A DNA stretch of 64,000 bases from an uncultured Verrucomicrobiota bacterium. GTDB lineage: Bacteria > Verrucomicrobiota > Verrucomicrobiia > Limisphaerales > MWDV01. Both the position numbers and the translations under genes were made by a program. Under the pieces are notes generated by a model. That model did no database searches and was not told the origin of the DNA. It saw nothing but the letters and a program-made list of their open reading frames with translations. Positions 41,704-51,296 of the stretch are shown here, one piece after another (within the stretch, counting starts at the first letter, position 1; each line of letters opens with the position of its first letter). The DNA lies in the NCBI GenBank assembly GCA_964634255.1, contig CAZWJC010000001.1, positions 6,116 to 70,115 of the forward strand. Direction: 5' to 3'.

Positions 41704-41705
41704 AC

Positions 41706-41838
41706 TCACGCGAAGCGTCTCGGAGTGCGGCAGCCCCCTGCCGCTTTCGGCCTGGCGCGCGTGGTCACTGAATCGCGCACCTTCGCCGCCTCACCTTAAA
41801 GCGCCGGAGGACCGGCGCACTCCACGACGCTGGCGCGC
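41706..41838. repeat. REP-like unit, right flank of the RAYT gene
   Basis: tcacgcgaagcgtctcggagtgcggcagccccctgccgctttc ... aaagcgccggaggaccggcgcactccacgacgctggcgcg. Hairpins gcggcag-cccc-ctgccgc and gcgccgg-agga-ccggcgc. Same orientation as the left unit. Confidence 0.7.
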
Positions 41839-42124
41839 ACTTCGGAACCAGCGGAGTCCCTGGGCCTTGCTTCCTTGCGCGCCGCTTCAGCCAATCCGCT
41901 CTTCGGCGTCTGCTTGCGGTCGTTCCCCATCCGCCCTTCCCGGTCGCGGGATAGGAATGGAATTGAGGTGGCGAGCCTTCTCGCGACGCTCCATGGCGCA
42001 TGGCATGCCTCGCGCATATTCGGAACAGTTGCGGGCTGGAGTCAACCGAAGCTTGCCTGCGGGAGTCGCCGCCGCTTACTCTGCTGTCGGGCCGCAGCCG
42101 GGGACGCCCCCGCGGCCCGATCGC

Positions 42125-42313
42125 ATGTTACCCTTTTTGAGGTCCAAGCAGAAGCGGGAGCACCAGCGGTTTTACCTTCTGCCGGGAATGGGCGGACGGG
42201 CATATCACCGCAAGCAACGGCGCTTTGGCATTGCCGCGATCATCGTGGGCCTGCTGGCCTCGGCCGCGCTGGCTGCCGCGATGTACTTCATCAATACCCG
42301 GATGGGGAAATAA
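42125..42313 (+). CDS. possible small membrane protein
   Basis: 62 codons from ATG 42125, with a basic N-terminus and one C-terminal TM (IAAIIVGLLASAALAAAMYFI). No family recognised and it could be spurious. Confidence 0.3.
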   Translation: MLPFLRSKQKREHQRFYLLPGMGGRAYHRKQRRFGIAAIIVGLLASAALAAAMYFINTRMGK

Positions 42314-42332
42314 TCCGGCAGCAGGTCTTCGG

Positions 42333-44039
42333 TCAGACAAAGAGGCTTGTCCGCCGCAGGTTCACGGCGTCAATCAATCCCTGGTCCGTCAGCTTCAATT
42401 CCGGGATCGGCGACAGGCTCAGGAAGGAGAGTGTCATGAATGGCGCGGCCAGGTCGCAGCCCAACGCCTGCGCCGCCGTGTTCAATCCTTCCATGCGGCT
42501 GATAACTTCCTCCAGCGGCCGGTCAGAAACCAAGCCCGCGATGGGCAAACCCAGTTCCGCCACCACCCGCCCCTCCCGCACCACCACCTGTCCGCCCTGC
42601 AATTGGTCGAGTGCTTCGATGGCGCAGATGATGTCCGCATCGTCCACGCCGACCACGACCACATTGTGCGCGTCGTGCGCCACCGTCGAGCCGAGCGCGC
42701 CCTTCTTGAGGTTGAAACCGCGCACGAAACCCACGCCCACGTTCCCGGTGGCGCGATGGCGCTCAACGACCACCAGCTTCAGTATGTCGCGCTCCACATC
42801 CGTCACCACCTTGCCGCCGGTCGTTTTCGGCGAGACGAGCGCCTGTTTCGTAATGATCTGCTCGGGCACAATCTCGATCACACGAATCTGGCCGGTCGTG
42901 CGGGCCGCAACTTCCAGATCGGTGGGCCGGTAGCGGAGGTTCATGGTGCTGCGGGGTAACGGCACGGGCGGCGGCGGCGGCGCCAGGTGCATGCCGTTCT
43001 CCGCCACCAGAAGACCCTTCTTCCAGGTCTGGCGGATGCGAAACGCCTTCGGATCGTCGAACACGATGAAGTCCGCCCAATTGCGCGGGGCGATCGCGCC
43101 ATAGTTGCGGAGGCAGTAATGGCGTGCCGTGTTGATGGTGGCCATTTGCAGGGCGGAAATCAGCGGCAAGCCGCGCTCGACCGCCTTGCGCACGGCGTGG
43201 TCAATGTGGCCCTCCTTGACGAGGTCGCTGGCCAGCTTGTCGTCTGTGGCGAAAGAGCAGTTGGCCGCGTTGTGCGGGTTGATCAGCGGGAGGAGCGCGG
43301 CGAGATTTCGCTCCGTGCTGCCTTCGCGCAGGAGGATGTGCATGCCGAGCCGAAGCTTCTCCGCGGCTTCGTCAAGCTCGGTGGATTCGTGATCCGAGCG
43401 CACGCCGGCGAGCACGTAGGCATTCAAGTTCTTGCCGCGCAAACCCGGCGCGTGGCCGTCAATCGCCTTCCCTTTGCCCGCCTTGATCTTCGCCAGCTCG
43501 GTTTCGTGGCCGAGATAGACGCCGGGATAGTTCATCAGCTCGGCGATGCCTGCGATGCGTTCGTCGGCAATCATCAGGCGCAAATCGTCCGGCGTGATGC
43601 GCGCGCCCGCGGTTTCCAGCGGCGTGGCCGGAACGCAGCTTGGCAGCATGATGAAGAAATCCACGGGCAGGTGCTTGCTCGATTCCAGCACATAGCGGAT
43701 GCCGTCCAGGCCCAGCACGTTGGCGTATTCGTGCGGGTCAATCACGGCCACGCCCGTGCCGTGCGGCACGACCGCACGCACAAACTCAGCCGCGGTAAGC
43801 ATCGAGCTTTCGATGTGGAAGTGCCCGTCAATCAAACTCGGCGCGAGGTGCGCTCCGGCCAGGTCCACGACCTTCTTCGCCTCGTAATCGCCGAAGCCGA
43901 CGACGCGGCCATCGTCCACGGCGATATTCGCGGGGTGGATTTCGCCACTCAGGACGTTGACGAGGCGGGCGTTCTTGAGCAGTAATTCCGCCGGCTTCTC
44001 CCCGCGGGCGATGCTGAGCTTCTGCTGGACGTTGCGCAT
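42333..44039 (-). CDS. ade: adenine deaminase
   Basis: 568 aa from ATG 44039. LLLKNARLVNV..GEI....IAV.DGRVVGFG, metal ligands GHFHIESS, and the PGLRG...AYV.AG..SDHE pattern of amidohydrolase-type adenine deaminase. The 986-aa track ORF is an upstream extension. Confidence 0.9.
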   Translation of the reverse strand: MRNVQQKLSIARGEKPAELLLKNARLVNVLSGEIHPANIAVDDGRVVGFGDYEAKKVVDLAGAHLAPSLIDGHFHIESSMLTAAEFVRAVVPHGTGVAVIDPHEYANVLGLDGIRYVLESSKHLPVDFFIMLPSCVPATPLETAGARITPDDLRLMIADERIAGIAELMNYPGVYLGHETELAKIKAGKGKAIDGHAPGLRGKNLNAYVLAGVRSDHESTELDEAAEKLRLGMHILLREGSTERNLAALLPLINPHNAANCSFATDDKLASDLVKEGHIDHAVRKAVERGLPLISALQMATINTARHYCLRNYGAIAPRNWADFIVFDDPKAFRIRQTWKKGLLVAENGMHLAPPPPPVPLPRSTMNLRYRPTDLEVAARTTGQIRVIEIVPEQIITKQALVSPKTTGGKVVTDVERDILKLVVVERHRATGNVGVGFVRGFNLKKGALGSTVAHDAHNVVVVGVDDADIICAIEALDQLQGGQVVVREGRVVAELGLPIAGLVSDRPLEEVISRMEGLNTAAQALGCDLAAPFMTLSFLSLSPIPELKLTDQGLIDAVNLRRTSLFV

Positions 44040-44056
44040 GGTTGGTAGGCGTGAAC

Positions 44057-45472
44057 CTAACCCATGCGGCTGCGAACGAAAACGAAATATGCCAGCAACA
44101 CGACCGCCAGCAGATAGGTGAGCCAGCCCACGCCACGCCCCCGGCCGGCCAGCAGCTTGATCAGCGGATACGCGATGAACCCCAGCGCCAGCCCGTCGGC
44201 GATGGAGAATGACAGGGGGATGCCGATCAACACCAGGAAGGCGGGCACTGCTTCGGTCGCGTCGTTCCATTCGATCCGGGCGACGTTTTGCATCATCAGC
44301 GCGCCGACGATCACCAACGCCGGGGCGGTGATGGGTGGGTAGCTGCCGACCATCGCAATCACCGGCCCGAAGAACAACGCAAGCAGGAACAACAACGCCA
44401 CCACCAATCCGGTCAACCCTGTGCGCCCGCCTTGTTCCACGCCGGCGGCGCTCTCGATGAAGCTCGTCACCGTGCTCGTCCCCATGGCCGCGCCCGCCAC
44501 CGTGCCGACCGCGTCCGACACCATCGCTTGCCGGGCACGCGGCAGGCGGTTGTCGCGCATGAACCCAGCCTGCTCGCACACGCCGATGAGTGTGCCGATG
44601 GCATCGAACATCAGCATGAATAGGAACACAAAGATGAAGGGGAGCATCTTCGGCGAAACGGCGCCGGCGAGGTCCATTTGCAGGAACGTCGGGGCGAGCG
44701 ACGGCGGCGCGGCAACCAGCGCGGAGGCAAATTGAAACTGCGTGGCCAGCTTGGATTCGGCGATGAGCGGCGACTGGGTGAAGGCCTCCGGCAGGTTCAG
44801 CACGGCTGCTTTGAAAACCACTGCGGCCAGCGTGGCCGCAACCATGCCCCACAGGATCGAGCCGCGCACCCGGCGCGCGTGTAGGACCGCGGTCGTCATC
44901 AGGCCGAAAAAGAAAATCAGCAGGTCCGGCGAGGCGAAGTGCGGGTTGAGCTTCACCGCCGTGCCTGGGTCTTTCAAGATGAGTCCCGCGTTCTGCAGGC
45001 CGATGAAGGCAATGAACAGCCCGATGCCGCCGGCGATGCCATGTTTGAGGCTTGGGCTGACCGCATTGAAAACCAATTCGCGCACGCCCACGAGAGACAA
45101 GATCAGGAATAGCAGGCCCGAGATGAAGACCGCTCCCAGCGCCACCTGCCAGGGATTTGTGAAACCCGCGGCTGCGGCCGCCGGTACGGCGGAGAAGACA
45201 AAGAAGAAGTTCTCCCCCATGCCGGGCGCCTGGGCGATGGGATAGCGCGCGAGCAGCGCCATCAGGACGGTGGCCAGCGCGGCCGAAAGGCACGTTGCGG
45301 CCATCACCGCGCCGAAATCCATGCCCGTTTCCCGGCCGAACATCTTCCCGGAAAGCACCGCGGGCTGAACCACGATGATGTAGGCCATCGTCAGGAAAGT
45401 GGTGACTCCCGCCAGTGCCTCAGTGCGCACGGTGGTGCCGTTTTCCGCGAGACGAAAGAAGCGATCTAACAT
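44057..45472 (-). CDS. NCS2/AzgA-family purine (adenine/guanine/hypoxanthine) permease
   Basis: 471 aa; FRL.ENGTTVRTE..AG.TTFLTMAYII.VQP..L N-terminus and about 12 hydrophobic helices. Lies 17 nt upstream of ade in an operon-like arrangement. Confidence 0.9.
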   Translation of the reverse strand: MLDRFFRLAENGTTVRTEALAGVTTFLTMAYIIVVQPAVLSGKMFGRETGMDFGAVMAATCLSAALATVLMALLARYPIAQAPGMGENFFFVFSAVPAAAAAGFTNPWQVALGAVFISGLLFLILSLVGVRELVFNAVSPSLKHGIAGGIGLFIAFIGLQNAGLILKDPGTAVKLNPHFASPDLLIFFFGLMTTAVLHARRVRGSILWGMVAATLAAVVFKAAVLNLPEAFTQSPLIAESKLATQFQFASALVAAPPSLAPTFLQMDLAGAVSPKMLPFIFVFLFMLMFDAIGTLIGVCEQAGFMRDNRLPRARQAMVSDAVGTVAGAAMGTSTVTSFIESAAGVEQGGRTGLTGLVVALLFLLALFFGPVIAMVGSYPPITAPALVIVGALMMQNVARIEWNDATEAVPAFLVLIGIPLSFSIADGLALGFIAYPLIKLLAGRGRGVGWLTYLLAVVLLAYFVFVRSRMG

Positions 45473-45601
45473 AGTCGGCGAAAGCGCGGCAATTGTTTAT
45501 TCTGTCGGTGACTGCTGTTTGGAGACGTTTAAGAACTCACGAACGTGAATCAAGTCGAGCGGTCAAGCGATTCTGTAATCCGACGCGTCGCTATGACTTG
45601 G

Positions 45602-45976
45602 TCATAGACGGTGCGTACTCCACCGCGCCGAACCTGAGCCCCGTGGCAACCGAATCTCCCAACATGACCCGTTGGTAGTTACGGTCAGGATTTCCAGATC
45701 CTGCTCAGCCTGTGACAACGCTCCTGCGTGGAACAAGTTTGTCATGTAAGCAGCTCTCTCAGTGAGATCATACTCGAATGAACCTGTGCCGGTGTTTGCG
45801 TCCAGGTCGTTGCGTTCCTCGATAGCCCGAGCTGATGCTGGCAACATTGGTGGCAGCCACCCTCGATCAAACGCCCGTCGCGACTTCGCCTCCTCCAAAG
45901 TTGCGAAATGAGTCGTGACCACATCCCGGCACCCCGTTAATACCAGCGCAGCGAATATGGCAAGAGTGCGTTGCAT
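45602..45976 (-). CDS. hypothetical lipoprotein
   Basis: 124 aa; signal plus lipobox MQRTLAIFAALVLTGC. No family recognised. Confidence 0.5.
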   Translation of the reverse strand: MQRTLAIFAALVLTGCRDVVTTHFATLEEAKSRRAFDRGWLPPMLPASARAIEERNDLDANTGTGSFEYDLTERAAYMTNLFHAGALSQAEQDLEILTVTTNGSCWEIRLPRGSGSARWSTHRL

Positions 45977-46031
45977 GCTGCCTCGAACGATTAGGCGTCC
46001 ATGTCCGAACCGGCACTCGTAATTGGCGCGA

Positions 46032-46682
46032 TCACCGCGGCTTGGCCTGCTTGAGCGACTTGCGAGCAGGCGGAGCCGGCTTCCGGGCTTTGACTTGCTG
46101 CAATTGCCCGCGAGCGGCGGCGAGTTGCACCTGCACCCGCTCGAGTTCGCGATTCAACTGCGCACCGGACCGCCGGGCGGTGGCGAGTTCGCGCGCGTGT
46201 CGGCGAAGTTCGAGCTGGGTGACGACGTGCCGGGCCAGCACCCGCAACGCCTGGCATTGGTCGGGAGTCAACTGGCGCGGCATCCGGTCAATCACACACA
46301 ACGTCCCGAGCGCGTAGCCGTCCGGTGTCACCAGCGGCGCGCCGGCGTAAAACCGGATCTTCGGATCGGAGGTGACCAGTGGACTTTTGGCAAACCGCGG
46401 ATCGAGCGTCGCGTCAGGAATGATAAAGAGGTCTTCCTGCAAGATGGCGTGGGCGCAGAAGGAGATGTCCCGGGCAGTTTCGGTCTGGCGCACCCCCACC
46501 CGGGCCTTGAACCATTGCCGGTTTTCGTCCACCAGCGAGATGAGGGCGATGGGCGCGCCGCAAATCCGGGCGGCCAGCTCGGTGAGATCGTCGAACACTT
46601 CCTCCGGGACGGTATCGAGCACGTCGTATTGCCAGAGGACCTTGAGTCGCTGTTTCTCGTTCTTAGGCACAGGTGTAATCAT
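46032..46682 (-). CDS. GAF domain-containing protein with C-terminal coiled coil
   Basis: NE..RL..L..Y.ILDT.PE..FDDLT.LAA.ICG.PIALISLVD..RQWFKA..G........RD.SFCAH is the common stand-alone GAF pattern. The tail is Arg/Gln-rich and helical. Confidence 0.8.
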   Translation of the reverse strand: MITPVPKNEKQRLKVLWQYDVLDTVPEEVFDDLTELAARICGAPIALISLVDENRQWFKARVGVRQTETARDISFCAHAILQEDLFIIPDATLDPRFAKSPLVTSDPKIRFYAGAPLVTPDGYALGTLCVIDRMPRQLTPDQCQALRVLARHVVTQLELRRHARELATARRSGAQLNRELERVQVQLAAARGQLQQVKARKPAPPARKSLKQAKPR

Positions 46683-46939
46683 GGTTAATCCACGGATCAG
46701 CGCGGCTCACCGTAGGGATTCCGACCGCCGAAACCAAGCTCTTTTGCGGGGGACCGCGTCGTGCCTCAGTTCTCCGCAGTAGGCAGGGCGCGACCAGCGG
46801 CTCGTTGATGAAAACTCGCCGCGCGTGAGACCGGCCGGGTCCTGCGGGAAATCACTTCCCTGCGGGGATGGACTTGGCTACGGTGGAAGCACCCTCGACG
46901 GTCGGTCGCGCTGTCGCCACCGCCGCCGTGCCACGCTGT

Positions 46940-48250
46940 ATGAAGTTGCTGGTGTTCGCACACACGCCGCCGCCGCACCATGGCCAAAGCTACATGGTGA
47001 AGCTGTTCTTGGAGGGTTTCGGAGGCGATTGCCGTCGCTGGGCCGCGGGCAAGACTTCCCCCTACGGCATCGAGTGCTACCACGTGAACGCCCGTCTCTC
47101 CAAGGAGATGGAGGACATCGGCGACTTGCGCGCGGGCAAGCTGCTCCTGCTCTGTGGGTATTGCCTGCAAGCCATCTATATCCGCTTTCGTTACGGGGTG
47201 GAGAACTTTTACTACGTGCCGGCGCCGGGCAAACGCTCCGCCCTTTACCGCGATTGGATGGTGATGGCCTTGTGCCGTCCGTTCTTTAAACGGTTCATCC
47301 TGCACTGGCACGCCGCCGGTCTGGCCAAATGGCTGGAAACCGAGCGCCAGATGAACTCCCGCGTGCTGACCTACCGGCTGATGCGCGAGGTGGACCTGAG
47401 CGTGGTGCTCTCCCGCTTCAACCTTGGCGACGCGGAGAAACTCATGGCGCGGAAGGTTCGCGTCATCGGAAATGGCATTCCGGATCCGTGTCCGGACTTC
47501 GAACAGAGCCTCCTGCCGCGGCAACGTGCCCGGGCGGCCGCGCGCCGCAAACTGCTGGCGGGCGAGCGCCTGTCGCCGGAAGAGCGCGAGCGTGCCGGGG
47601 GCGATCCCGAGTGTTTCCGGGCGCTGTTCCTCGCCCATTGCACGCGGGAGAAAGGCGTCTTCGACGCCCTGGACGGCGTGGCGTTAGCCAACGCACGCCT
47701 CGCCGCCGCCGGTTCGCCCTTGCGGATCCACCTGACGGTGGCGGGAGCGTTTCTCGACCCGCAGGAGCAAACCGAGTTCGAGCGGCGCATTGCCCGAGAG
47801 GATCTCCAACCGTTGTCCGCTCCCGGCCCCTCGGGTGAAACCCGACCGCAGAGCTGCGTCAGTTATGCGGGGTTCGTGGCCGGCGCCGAAAAGAACCGGG
47901 CGTTTGCCCAGAGCGACGTCTTCTGCTTTCCGACCTACTACTACGCGGAGAACTTCCCGCTCGTGATCTTGGAGGCGATGGCCTATGGGTTGCCGGTCAT
48001 CGTAAGCCGGTGGCGTTCGATTCCCGAGTTGATGCCCCAGGACTTGGCGGGCCTGGTGCCGCCGCAATCGCCGAGTGATGTCGCCCACGCCTTGGTCGAA
48101 ATGGCCACGCAGCCTGCCCCCGAGCATTTGCGCTCCTATTTCGTGGAGAACTTCAGCTTGGAGAAACACCTCGCGACGCTCTCCAAGGCCATTCGCGATC
48201 TGGAATCGCCGCCCGTGCCGACGCGCACCGAGGTGCGCTCCCCAGCCTAA
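46940..48250 (+). CDS. glycosyltransferase (GT-B fold, GT4-like)
   Basis: In-frame ATG 46940 (MKLLVFAHTPPP). C-terminal E..FP.TYYYAENFPLVILEAMAYGLPVI resembles the GT4 EX7E region. Confidence 0.75.
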   Translation: MKLLVFAHTPPPHHGQSYMVKLFLEGFGGDCRRWAAGKTSPYGIECYHVNARLSKEMEDIGDLRAGKLLLLCGYCLQAIYIRFRYGVENFYYVPAPGKRSALYRDWMVMALCRPFFKRFILHWHAAGLAKWLETERQMNSRVLTYRLMREVDLSVVLSRFNLGDAEKLMARKVRVIGNGIPDPCPDFEQSLLPRQRARAAARRKLLAGERLSPEERERAGGDPECFRALFLAHCTREKGVFDALDGVALANARLAAAGSPLRIHLTVAGAFLDPQEQTEFERRIAREDLQPLSAPGPSGETRPQSCVSYAGFVAGAEKNRAFAQSDVFCFPTYYYAENFPLVILEAMAYGLPVIVSRWRSIPELMPQDLAGLVPPQSPSDVAHALVEMATQPAPEHLRSYFVENFSLEKHLATLSKAIRDLESPPVPTRTEVRSPA

Positions 48251-48371
48251 CGAACGGGCTGGCGGCGCAGCCGGTCGGATGCGGGCCGCGGAGTGTTCTC
48301 GGTGTCCGATTCGTCCATCCTTGGCGCTTTCTGGATTCCATCGTCGTGGGCCCGCGGTTATTCTCCCGGCC

Positions 48372-48635
48372 GTGAACGAGCGGCAGATCATCTTTCTCTG
48401 CATGGGCTCGGCGTGCCACCAATTGGGCGGCTACCGACTACTGCCCGTATTGGAGAAGCTGATCGAAGAGCATGGAGTGAAGGACCGGCTGGAAGTGAAA
48501 GGCGCGTTTTGCCTGGAAACCTGCCAGCAAGGCCGCTCGCTGAAATTCGCCAGCCGCATCTTCACCGGGCTCGACGAACACACGCTCGAAGCCCTCTTCG
48601 TCCGCGAGATTCTGCCCCAACTGAAAGTCCCCTGA
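48372..48635 (+). CDS. thioredoxin-like [2Fe-2S] ferredoxin domain protein
   Basis: GTG 48372; 87 aa with Cys pattern C-x4-C (CMGSAC) ... C-x3-C (CLETC), as in NuoE/HndA-type [2Fe-2S] ferredoxins. Confidence 0.65.
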   Translation: MNERQIIFLCMGSACHQLGGYRLLPVLEKLIEEHGVKDRLEVKGAFCLETCQQGRSLKFASRIFTGLDEHTLEALFVREILPQLKVP

Positions 48636-48636
48636 C

Positions 48637-49146
48637 ATGGAAGCCACCACGACCCTTTGGAAGCGCCTTTGGGAATTCGATCCCAACGGTCTGATGGTGC
48701 TCGACGAGCAGATGAAGATCATCCTCGTCAACCCGGCCCTGTGTCGCATTTTCAGGGCAGATGCCGATGCGCTCGTCGGGCAGAGCGCGGAAACCATTCT
48801 GGGCGACGTGGAGGAGTTCCGGTTGGCCCTGACCGAGCGGCGCAAGATCGTCGGTGTCGAACGCGAGTATCCGCGCTACGACCTTTACGTGCGCAAGGTC
48901 ATCTTTCCCATCCCCGACGAGCGGATCGTGGCCGGAATCTTCGTGGACCAGACAACCGAGTGGCGGCACGAACAGGAACTGCACCGGCTCAAGCAGGAAG
49001 CCATCGCCGAAGTGCGCCAGGTCGTGGACAAACAGATGCGCGTGGCGCAAGAAATCGCCGGTCTGCTGGGCGAAACCACGGCGGAAACCAAGGTGAGCCT
49101 GCTCCGCCTCCTCGACATGCTCGGCCGCGAGAAACCCCAGCCGTGA
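48637..49146 (+). CDS. PAS domain protein with C-terminal helical tail
   Basis: 169 aa; the pattern W...FD.NGLMVLDEQMKIILVNPA..RIF....D.LVGQSA..IL is PAS-like. Starts 1 nt after the ferredoxin stop. Confidence 0.7.
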   Translation: MEATTTLWKRLWEFDPNGLMVLDEQMKIILVNPALCRIFRADADALVGQSAETILGDVEEFRLALTERRKIVGVEREYPRYDLYVRKVIFPIPDERIVAGIFVDQTTEWRHEQELHRLKQEAIAEVRQVVDKQMRVAQEIAGLLGETTAETKVSLLRLLDMLGREKPQP

Positions 49147-50300
49147 TCTACTACGACACCCACGAGCGCAGCCTCAACCACCACGGCGAGGAATTGTGCG
49201 GCGATCAGGTCAAGGTCGTCCGCACGTCTGATAAGACGCTCGTGGTCGTGTCGGACGGTTTGGGCAGCGGCGTGAAGGCGAACATCCTCGCGCGCCTCAC
49301 AACGGAGATTCTCGTCACGATGCTCTGCGAAGGTGTGGCCCTAAAGGACGTGCTGGAAACCGTCGTCGGCACGCTGCCCACGTGCAAGGTGCGGCAGATC
49401 GCTTATGCGGCATTCGTTGTCGTGGAAATCGAGAACTCCACCGGCGCGTTTCGCGTGATCAACTTCGATTGCCCGCCGCCGTTTCTCGTGCGCGCCGGAC
49501 GGCTGCTCCGCATCGAGCCGCGTGTGGAGACGATCCTTGGCCGCGACCTGAAACTGTCCGAAGGCGTGCTGGAGCGGGGTGATTTCCTCGCCGTCATCAG
49601 CGACGGCGTCATGTATGCCGGCATGGGGGTGAGCATGAATTTCGGTTGGGGTTGGGAGCAGATTGGCGCGTTCCTCGAGCAAGTTGCCAAAGGTCGCCCT
49701 TCCTCCGCCGAGGCAGTGGTCCGCAAGCTCATGGACAAGACCGGCGCGCTTTACGGCGGCCAGCCGGGCGACGACGCCACGTGCGTGGGCATTCTCGCTC
49801 GCAGCCCAAACCGGCTCATGGTTTTCACCGGTCCGCCCGTGGACAGGGCCCGCGACGCGCAGTGCGTGGACCGCCTGCTGAGTTTCGAAGGCCGCAAGGT
49901 CGTTTGCGGCGGCACCACGGGTAACATGGTCGCCGAACACCTTGGCGAAGTCGTGGACCTCGATCTGACGACACTGCGCGAAGACGTGCCGCCGATCGGC
50001 TCGCTCCCGGACATTGACCTGATGACCGAGGGGATTCTCACGCTGGCCAAGACGCTGCGCCTGCTGAAAGAGAGCCAGGGTTTGCTGACGCGGGTCAGCT
50101 ACGACCGCAACGGCGCGGCGTTGCTCGCTCGTGAACTGCTCCGTGCTGACTCCATCTTCTTCCTCGCCGGGGAACAAATGAACCCGTTCTACCACAACCC
50201 CCTCCTGCCACGGAACATCTCGATCCGGCATAACCTCATCGAACAAATCGTCGAGGTCCTGCGCGGCTGCCACAAGAGTGTTGAAGTGGAGTGGGTCTGA
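49143..50300 (+). CDS. SpoIIE/PP2C-family protein phosphatase
   Basis: GTG 49143 overlaps the PAS gene's stop (GTGA). GEELCGDQV......L.VVSDGLGSGVKA and ...FLAVISDGV....G....W matches the SpoIIE-type phosphatase core. An extra C-terminal domain of about 170 aa follows. Confidence 0.8.
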   Translation: MIYYDTHERSLNHHGEELCGDQVKVVRTSDKTLVVVSDGLGSGVKANILARLTTEILVTMLCEGVALKDVLETVVGTLPTCKVRQIAYAAFVVVEIENSTGAFRVINFDCPPPFLVRAGRLLRIEPRVETILGRDLKLSEGVLERGDFLAVISDGVMYAGMGVSMNFGWGWEQIGAFLEQVAKGRPSSAEAVVRKLMDKTGALYGGQPGDDATCVGILARSPNRLMVFTGPPVDRARDAQCVDRLLSFEGRKVVCGGTTGNMVAEHLGEVVDLDLTTLREDVPPIGSLPDIDLMTEGILTLAKTLRLLKESQGLLTRVSYDRNGAALLARELLRADSIFFLAGEQMNPFYHNPLLPRNISIRHNLIEQIVEVLRGCHKSVEVEWV

Positions 50301-50570
50301 GTCGCCCTTGTGTTTCCGAATTACTCGACGGACAAGTTGCTTGATGGCGCTTGAAGTTCAACTCACGGCGAACACCTTTACGCGCGGCCTGTCAGTGCAT
50401 CCACGAGCGCGTTCATGAGGTTGCTGGCCCAACCACGTTACTGGTTACATCAGAGAACAGCTTCAGGTCATGGCCTGCGCGGGCGCGTGACCTCCAGGCT
50501 GCTCCAAAACGGACTTGACTCCTGCCTTCCAAGTCGCACGCTCCCCAGCGAGCTCTTTAGGGAAAACGCC

Positions 50571-51296
50571 ATGAATTCCACCGCAGCCGTCTTTGCTACG
50601 ACTCACTGGAGTGTGGTGCTGGCAGCAGGCCAACGCCCAGATGTAGAGGCGTCGGCAGCATTGGAGCATCTTTGCAGCCTCTATTGGTATCCACTTTACG
50701 CCTACATCCGACGTCGCGGCTACGGCGTGCATGATGCCCAAGACTCGACCCAAGGTTTCTTTGCCCACCTCCTGCGCGGGGAAAGGTGGTGCAAGCTCGC
50801 CCCCGAGAAGGGGAAGTTCCGCTCATTTCTCATCACGTCGCTCAATAACTTCCTGGCTGATGAATTCGACCGCGCCCAAGCGCAGAAGCGCGGCGGCGGT
50901 CTGCAAATCATTCCCTTTGAGAGCGAAGATGCCGAACGCCGTTATCAACTCGAGCCTCTGGACCACGACACAGCGGAGCGACTTTTTGAGCGGCGTTGGG
51001 CGTTAGCTTTGACGGACCACGCACTGGCGCGACTTGAGGGAGAATACCGGGAGCAAGGACGAGCGGCGCTCTTCTCGCATCTGTGCGGTACGCTTGTTGA
51101 GAGGGGGGCGGTGGACTCACATGCCGTCGCTGCGGAACGCCTGGGGATGACCGAAGCTGCCGTCCGAAAGGCTGCTCAACGTTTACGCCAGAGGTATCGT
51201 GAGATCCTACGCGACACGGTGAGCCAGACGGTTGGCAGCCGGGGCGAAATTGAAGAGGAATTGCGCTACCTGAGGTCCGTAGTTGGGCGTGGATGA
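50571..51296 (+). CDS. ECF-type RNA polymerase sigma factor (kinase-associated type), copy 3
   Basis: In-frame ATG 50571. TTHWSVVLAAG, YWYPLYAYIRRRGYGVHDAQDSTQGFFAHLL and AVRKAAQRLRQRYRE. Paralogous to copies 1 and 2. Confidence 0.85.
   Translation: MNSTAAVFATTHWSVVLAAGQRPDVEASAALEHLCSLYWYPLYAYIRRRGYGVHDAQDSTQGFFAHLLRGERWCKLAPEKGKFRSFLITSLNNFLADEFDRAQAQKRGGGLQIIPFESEDAERRYQLEPLDHDTAERLFERRWALALTDHALARLEGEYREQGRAALFSHLCGTLVERGAVDSHAVAAERLGMTEAAVRKAAQRLRQRYREILRDTVSQTVGSRGEIEEELRYLRSVVGRG

Noticed and set aside
44040-45293. Upstream 418-codon extension of the adenine deaminase ORF (track ORF 42333-45293, 986 aa)
   Set aside because: The extension overlaps the well-supported NCS2 permease gene in another frame and translates to Arg/Gly/Pro-rich sequence. 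Adenine deaminase similarity begins at ATG 44039.
45473-45601. Possible purine riboswitch upstream of the permease / adenine deaminase operon
   Set aside because: I read the minus-strand leader and found none of the conserved purine-riboswitch core elements, such as the U-rich junction with UUUCUACC-like and CCGUAAA-like segments. A covariance-model scan (Rfam RF00167) would settle it.
46766-47638. 290-aa minus-strand ORF
   Set aside because: It is antisense to the glycosyltransferase gene and its translation is low-complexity.
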